Notes under the pieces: generated by a model
The model's input: only the letters and a program-made list of their open reading frames with translations
Database searches by the model: none
Told to the model about the DNA's origin: nothing
Assembly: GCA_965199715.1 (NCBI GenBank)
Contig: OZ241322.1
Coordinates: 1,097,226-1,161,225 of the forward strand
From: Vicinamibacteria bacterium
GTDB taxonomy: Bacteria; Acidobacteriota; Vicinamibacteria; Marinacidobacterales; Marinacidobacteraceae
DNA: 64,000 nt
Direction: 5' to 3'
Part shown: piece after piece, positions 57,963-64,000 of the stretch
Numbering within the stretch: the first letter of the stretch is position 1
Layout of the letters: the number at the start of each line of letters is the position of its first letter
Position numbers and translations under genes: made by a program

Positions 57963-58301
57963 CTACTCGCCCCCGGGCCTCGTCTCGTCGGCCACCATCG
58001 CCTTGATCTCCACGTGGACCCCGGAAGGGAGATCGAGGCGCGAAAGGGCGTCCACCGTCGTGGGAGTCGAGCCGAGGATATCGAGGAGACGCTTGTGGGT
58101 GCGCATCTCGAACTGCTCGCGCGACTTCTTGTCCACGTGGGGGGAGCGCAACACGGTGTAGCGGTTCTTCACGGTGGGCAGCGGGATGGGGCCCGCCACG
58201 GTGGCGCCGGTACGCCGGGCGGTGTCCACGATCTCGCTGACCGACTGGTCCAGCAGGCGATGGTCGAACGCCTTCAGCCGGATCCGGATCTTCTCGTTCA
58301 T
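57963..58301 (-). CDS. rpsJ: 30S ribosomal protein S10
   Basis: conserved. Confidence 0.9.
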   Translation of the reverse strand: MNEKIRIRLKAFDHRLLDQSVSEIVDTARRTGATVAGPIPLPTVKNRYTVLRSPHVDKKSREQFEMRTHKRLLDILGSTPTTVDALSRLDLPSGVHVEIKAMVADETRPGGE

Positions 58302-58358
58302 ACGGCGGGTTCCTTCCGGCGGAGCCGCGTTTCGCGCGCCGTATGCATGGTCATCTCG

Positions 58359-60428
<2,070 letters not shown>

Positions 60429-60517
60429 GGGCTGAGGGACGCACTCGATTCAACTGGGTCCGGGCGGAGGCGCGAACGCCGGTCCGGGACCGATCTCTCT
60501 CGTGATTCGGTCCTCCC

Positions 60518-60988
60518 CTACCAGCGGTGGTGGGCGAACGCCTTGTTCGCCTCGGCCATCTTGTGGGTGTCCTCGCGCTTCTTCACCGCGCCGCCGCGGT
60601 TGTGGTACGCGTCGAGAAGTTCGCCGGCGAGCTTGTCCGCCATGGTCTTTTCCGGACGCCGGCGGGCGTAGCCCACGATCCAGCGGAGGGAGAGCGAGGT
60701 GCGCCGCTCGGGACGGACCTCGAAGGGCACCTGCACGTTGGTGCCGCCCTTCCGCCGGCTCTTGACCTCGAGCGTGGGCTTCACGTTCTCGACGGCTTGG
60801 CGGAAGACCGTGAGCGCCTCGCCGTCGGTGCGCTCCTTGATCTTGTCGAACGCGCCGTACACGATGTTTTCGGCCTGCGCCTTCTTGCCGTCCAGCATCA
60901 CCTTGTTCACGAACGAGGAGACGAGGACGCTCTGGTAGCGCGGATCGGGCAACGGCTGGCGCTTCTTTACGTCACGACGGCGGGACAC
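60518..60988 (-). CDS. rpsG: 30S ribosomal protein S7
   Basis: conserved. Confidence 0.9.
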   Translation of the reverse strand: MSRRRDVKKRQPLPDPRYQSVLVSSFVNKVMLDGKKAQAENIVYGAFDKIKERTDGEALTVFRQAVENVKPTLEVKSRRKGGTNVQVPFEVRPERRTSLSLRWIVGYARRRPEKTMADKLAGELLDAYHNRGGAVKKREDTHKMAEANKAFAHHRW

Positions 60989-60999
60989 GGATCAACCCC

Positions 61000-61374
61000 T
61001 CACTTGCCGGGCCGTTTCGCGCCGTACTTGGACCGCGCGTTCTTGCGGCCGTCCACTCCGTGGGCGTCCTGATTTCCCCGGACCACGTGGTAGCGGACTC
61101 CGGGGAGATCCTTCACCCGGCCGCCCCGGATGAGCACGATCGAGTGCTCCTGGAGCGAGTGGCCGACCCCCGGAATGTAGGTGGTCACCTCGATGCCGGT
61201 GGTGAGCCGCACGCGGGCCACCTTTCGCAGCGCCGAGTTGGGCTTCTTGGGGTTCACGGTGAACACCCGGACGCACACGCCCCGTCGCTGCGGGCACTTC
61301 ATCAGCGCCGGCGAGTCGCTGCCGGCGACGAGGCGCTTGCGCCCCTTGCGGACGAGCTGATGGATGGTGGGCAT
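61000..61374 (-). CDS. rpsL: 30S ribosomal protein S12
   Basis: [13 protein letters not shown]... conserved. Confidence 0.9.
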   Translation of the reverse strand: MPTIHQLVRKGRKRLVAGSDSPALMKCPQRRGVCVRVFTVNPKKPNSALRKVARVRLTTGIEVTTYIPGVGHSLQEHSIVLIRGGRVKDLPGVRYHVVRGNQDAHGVDGRKNARSKYGAKRPGK

Positions 61375-61838
61375 GTTGAAGAGAGCGAACCGAAAACGGC
61401 GCAGCCGACACCGAACCGGAACCCCCGGGAGGAAGAACCTCGGGAACGGTGGAAATGCGCGGCCCGGATAGGGGCCGACGCCGCATCGCAGCGGAAGACG
61501 AACCAGCAGGGCGCCGGAATGGACGGAGGATTCTAGGCGCGTGGGCCAGCCGGCGTCAACTGAACGTACGGGCCCAAGGGATTGGGCGGCCAGGCCGGAA
61601 CTCCCGAAGCAACCAGTCGCCGGACCCCGGAATCGGTCCCTCTTCCTCCTCGGGCTCCGCTTCGCGGTTCCGCAGGATCCACGGCGTCAGGGTCAGCGCC
61701 AGCGGCGGCGTCAGGAGCAGGAACAGCGCGGAGGCGATGGTTCGGACATTTTCGACGCGAACGTCTCCATGACCCGCCTCTGCTGGACCCTCATGGTCGC
61801 GCCGGACGGCCGCGGACCGCAACTGCGCGGGGCGCCCG

Positions 61839-63743
61839 CTACACGTCGAGGGTCGCCCGATCCGCGACGCCGCCCGCGATCAATTCCTTGCGCACCGACG
61901 GGTCCTTGCCCATCAGCGCGTTCACCCACGCTCTCGGGTCCATGTCCGCCGGGATCCGGACCTGGATGAGACGCCGGGTCGCCGGGTTCAGCGTGGTCTC
62001 CCACAGCGCGGCGGGCTGCATCTCGCCGAGTCCCTTGAAGCGGGTGAGGACCGACTTCGCGCTGCCGGGCAGCCCGGCGAGGATCGCGTCCCTGGCCGCG
62101 TCGTCGGACGCCCAGCGCACCTCGCCGCCGACCTCGATCCGGTAGAGCGGCGGCTCGGCGACGAAGACCCGCCCCGCCCTCAGGACCGGGAGCATGAGCA
62201 CGACGAAGGCGGTGAGCAGCAGCGTGGTGATGTGATGGCCGTCGGCGTCGGCGTCGGCGAGCAGGATGATCCGCCGGTAGCGGAGACCGTCCGGATCGCA
62301 GGCGGCTCCGGCGCCGCATCCGAGCGCGAGGACGATGTCGGCGATCTCGCGGTTCTTCGCGACGAGCGCGGGGGCCGCCTGGGCCACGTTCAGCACCTTC
62401 CCGCGCAGGGGGAGGATCGCCTGCCGCGCCCGGTCGCGGGCCTGCTTCGCCGAGCCGCCCGCCGAATCGCCCTCGACGAGAAAGATCTCGGTGGAGGCGG
62501 GGTCGCGCAGCGCCGCGTCGCTGAGCTTGCCGGGAAGGACCGCCCGGCCCCGCTTTTCCGGGCGGCGGGAGATCGCGGCGGCCGCCGAACGGGCGGCCTC
62601 CCGGGCGCGCGACGCCAGCAGCACCCGCCCGACGATCCGCTCCGCCGCCGAGCGCGACTGGTGGAGCCAGCGCTCCAGCTCCACCTGCACCGCTCCCCGC
62701 AGCGGCGCTCGCACCCCGGGGTTGTTCAGGCGGTCCTTGGTCTGGCCCTGGAACTGCGGGTCGGGCAGGAAGACGCTGAGCGCCGCGACGACGCCCTCGC
62801 GCACGTCCTCGGCGGCCACCGAAACGCCTCGGGGCGCGAGCGCGTGGGACTCGATGTACCCGCGCACCGCCCGTTCGAGCCCCTCGCGCATCCCCGTCTC
62901 GTGCGAACCGCCCGACGCGGTCGGGATGCCGTTCACGAAGCTGCGGAAGTCCTCGCGCGGAGCCTCGGTCCAGCCCAGCGAGAGCTCCATGCGGGCGCCG
63001 GGGAGGAGGTCGTCGCGCGTCATCTCGAAGACCGACTCGTGCTGGAGGCTGCGCCCGGCGCCCGCGATCCGCTCCTCGACGAAGGCGGCGAGGCCGCGCT
63101 CCTGCTTCCAATCCTCGACGGACTCCCCGTGCGCGAAGCGGAACGCGACGCCGCGGTGCAGGAAGGCGGCCTCGCGGAGCCGGGCGGCGATGCGCCCGGG
63201 GTCGAAGCGCGGGTTCGGGAAGATCTTCGGGTCGGGGAGGAACTGGATGCGCGTCCCGGTGCCCCGCGCCGGCCCCTCGTCGCGGAGTCGGCCCTGCGGC
63301 GCGCCCCGGACGAACTCCATGACCCACTCGCGGCGGTCGCGCCGCACCGACGCCTTCAACCACGCGCTCAGCGCGTTCACCGCCGACGCCCCCACGCCGT
63401 GGAGGCCCCCCGCGGCGCGGTAGGCTCCGTGGTCGAACTTTCCGCCGGCGTGCAGCGTCGTGAGGATCACTTCGAGCGCGGACTTCCCCGACCGGTGGCG
63501 GTCCACCGGGACCCCTCGGCCGTCGTCCTCGACGCTCACCGAGCCGTCCCCGGCGAGCGCGACCTCGATCCGCGAGGCGTGGCCGTTCATGGCCTCGTCC
63601 ACGCCGTTGTCGAGGATTTCCCAGACGAGGTGGTGGAGGCCGTCGGCGTCCACGCCGCCGATGTACATGCCGGGCCGCTTGCGGACCGGATCCAGCCCCT
63701 CGAGGACGGTGATCGCGGAGGCGTCGTATCGATCGGCGGTCAT
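61839..63743 (-). CDS. type IIA topoisomerase B subunit (ParE/GyrB-like, 634 aa)
   Basis: GHKL ATPase, transducer and TOPRIM (EGDSAGGS) regions; short form lacking GyrB insert, so ParE-like. Confidence 0.8.
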   Translation of the reverse strand: MTADRYDASAITVLEGLDPVRKRPGMYIGGVDADGLHHLVWEILDNGVDEAMNGHASRIEVALAGDGSVSVEDDGRGVPVDRHRSGKSALEVILTTLHAGGKFDHGAYRAAGGLHGVGASAVNALSAWLKASVRRDRREWVMEFVRGAPQGRLRDEGPARGTGTRIQFLPDPKIFPNPRFDPGRIAARLREAAFLHRGVAFRFAHGESVEDWKQERGLAAFVEERIAGAGRSLQHESVFEMTRDDLLPGARMELSLGWTEAPREDFRSFVNGIPTASGGSHETGMREGLERAVRGYIESHALAPRGVSVAAEDVREGVVAALSVFLPDPQFQGQTKDRLNNPGVRAPLRGAVQVELERWLHQSRSAAERIVGRVLLASRAREAARSAAAAISRRPEKRGRAVLPGKLSDAALRDPASTEIFLVEGDSAGGSAKQARDRARQAILPLRGKVLNVAQAAPALVAKNREIADIVLALGCGAGAACDPDGLRYRRIILLADADADGHHITTLLLTAFVVLMLPVLRAGRVFVAEPPLYRIEVGGEVRWASDDAARDAILAGLPGSAKSVLTRFKGLGEMQPAALWETTLNPATRRLIQVRIPADMDPRAWVNALMGKDPSVRKELIAGGVADRATLDV

Positions 63744-64000
63744 TCGGCGGGAGGCTCCGGAACCTCGGGCTCGTGTTCGACGTGGGCGAACCCCGCCTTG
63801 TTGACCAAGTGTCCGACCCGGCCGCGGCCGCCCGCGGGGAAGCGGCTGGTCGTGATCTGCCGGCGCCGGCCGCCCGGAGTCACCGCGACGAGCGGCTCGT
63901 GGCGGCGGGCGGCGCGGAAGCCGAGCACCTCGTCGCCCGGGGCGAGCTTGATGACCCGCACGCCCTTCCCCGGCCCGGTCAGCAGGTTCACCTCCTCCAC
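63740..64000 (-). CDS. type IIA topoisomerase A subunit (ParC/GyrA) C-terminal end, 5' part outside window
   Basis: beta-pinwheel-like repeat LTGPGKGVRVIKL...GDEV; ATGA junction with B subunit. Confidence 0.6.
   Translation of the reverse strand: MEEVNLLTGPGKGVRVIKLAPGDEVLGFRAARRHEPLVAVTPGGRRRQITTSRFPAGGRGRVGHLVNKAGFAHVEHEPEVPEPPAE

Noticed and set aside
61375-61838. tRNA or rRNA in the long leader, and CRISPR arrays anywhere in the window
   Set aside because: No T-loop (GTTCGAATC-like) or cloverleaf-compatible segment found; no regularly spaced direct repeats seen

Overview
High-GC (~70%) bacterial chromosomal segment with dense coding and frequent GTG/TTG starts. Diderm features (HlyD adaptor, lipoproteins, PilMNOP-like genes) are present. 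The left ~43 kb is accessory/variable. (i) 0.7-7.0 kb holds a Type III-like restriction-modification pair: res 1464-4448, then mod 4445-7022, ATGA-coupled. The mod gene is split by a G12 homopolymer, probably a phase-variable switch. An XRE HTH regulator lies divergent to it. (ii) 7.0-10.5 kb is a lower-GC (~58-60%) island. It carries a translationally coupled three-gene operon of unrecognised proteins, then a decaying tandem array of Phd/YefM-type antitoxin paralogs with one frameshifted PIN (vapC) toxin. (iii) Then come an ALDH7-type dehydrogenase, a sulfatase-TPR lipoprotein and the M3 peptidase Dcp. (iv) 17.8-20.4 kb holds a second R-M pair (putative REase plus TaqI-like gamma N6A MTase), convergent on a RelA/SpoT-domain (toxSAS/CapRel-like) gene. 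After that: a BCCT transporter, a 538-aa unknown protein and a MacAB-like ABC efflux system (HlyD, ATPase, two FtsX permeases). Then an orphan DPPW methyltransferase whose 3' end overlaps an AT-richer HEPN-like remnant, an SSF symporter-GNAT-membrane protein operon, and a 2-hydroxyacid dehydrogenase plus aminotransferase. Further along are two secreted proteins, PilM/N/O-P-like genes, and an EF-G paralog coupled to a spondin_N lipoprotein. The right ~21 kb (43.4-64.0 kb, all minus strand) is the conserved parC-parE / str-S10-spc-alpha ribosomal superoperon (rpsL to rplQ, with fusA, secY, adk, map, infA, rpoA). There is no tuf between fusA and rpsJ. No rRNA, tRNA, CRISPR, transposase or integrase was recognised. 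Many long ORFs in the supplied track are antisense or read-through artefacts of high GC. The printed sequence appears to lack one 10-nt block near 39061-39070 relative to ORF-track coordinates. ORF-track coordinates were used as primary; hand-refined starts are approximate (+/- a few nt).
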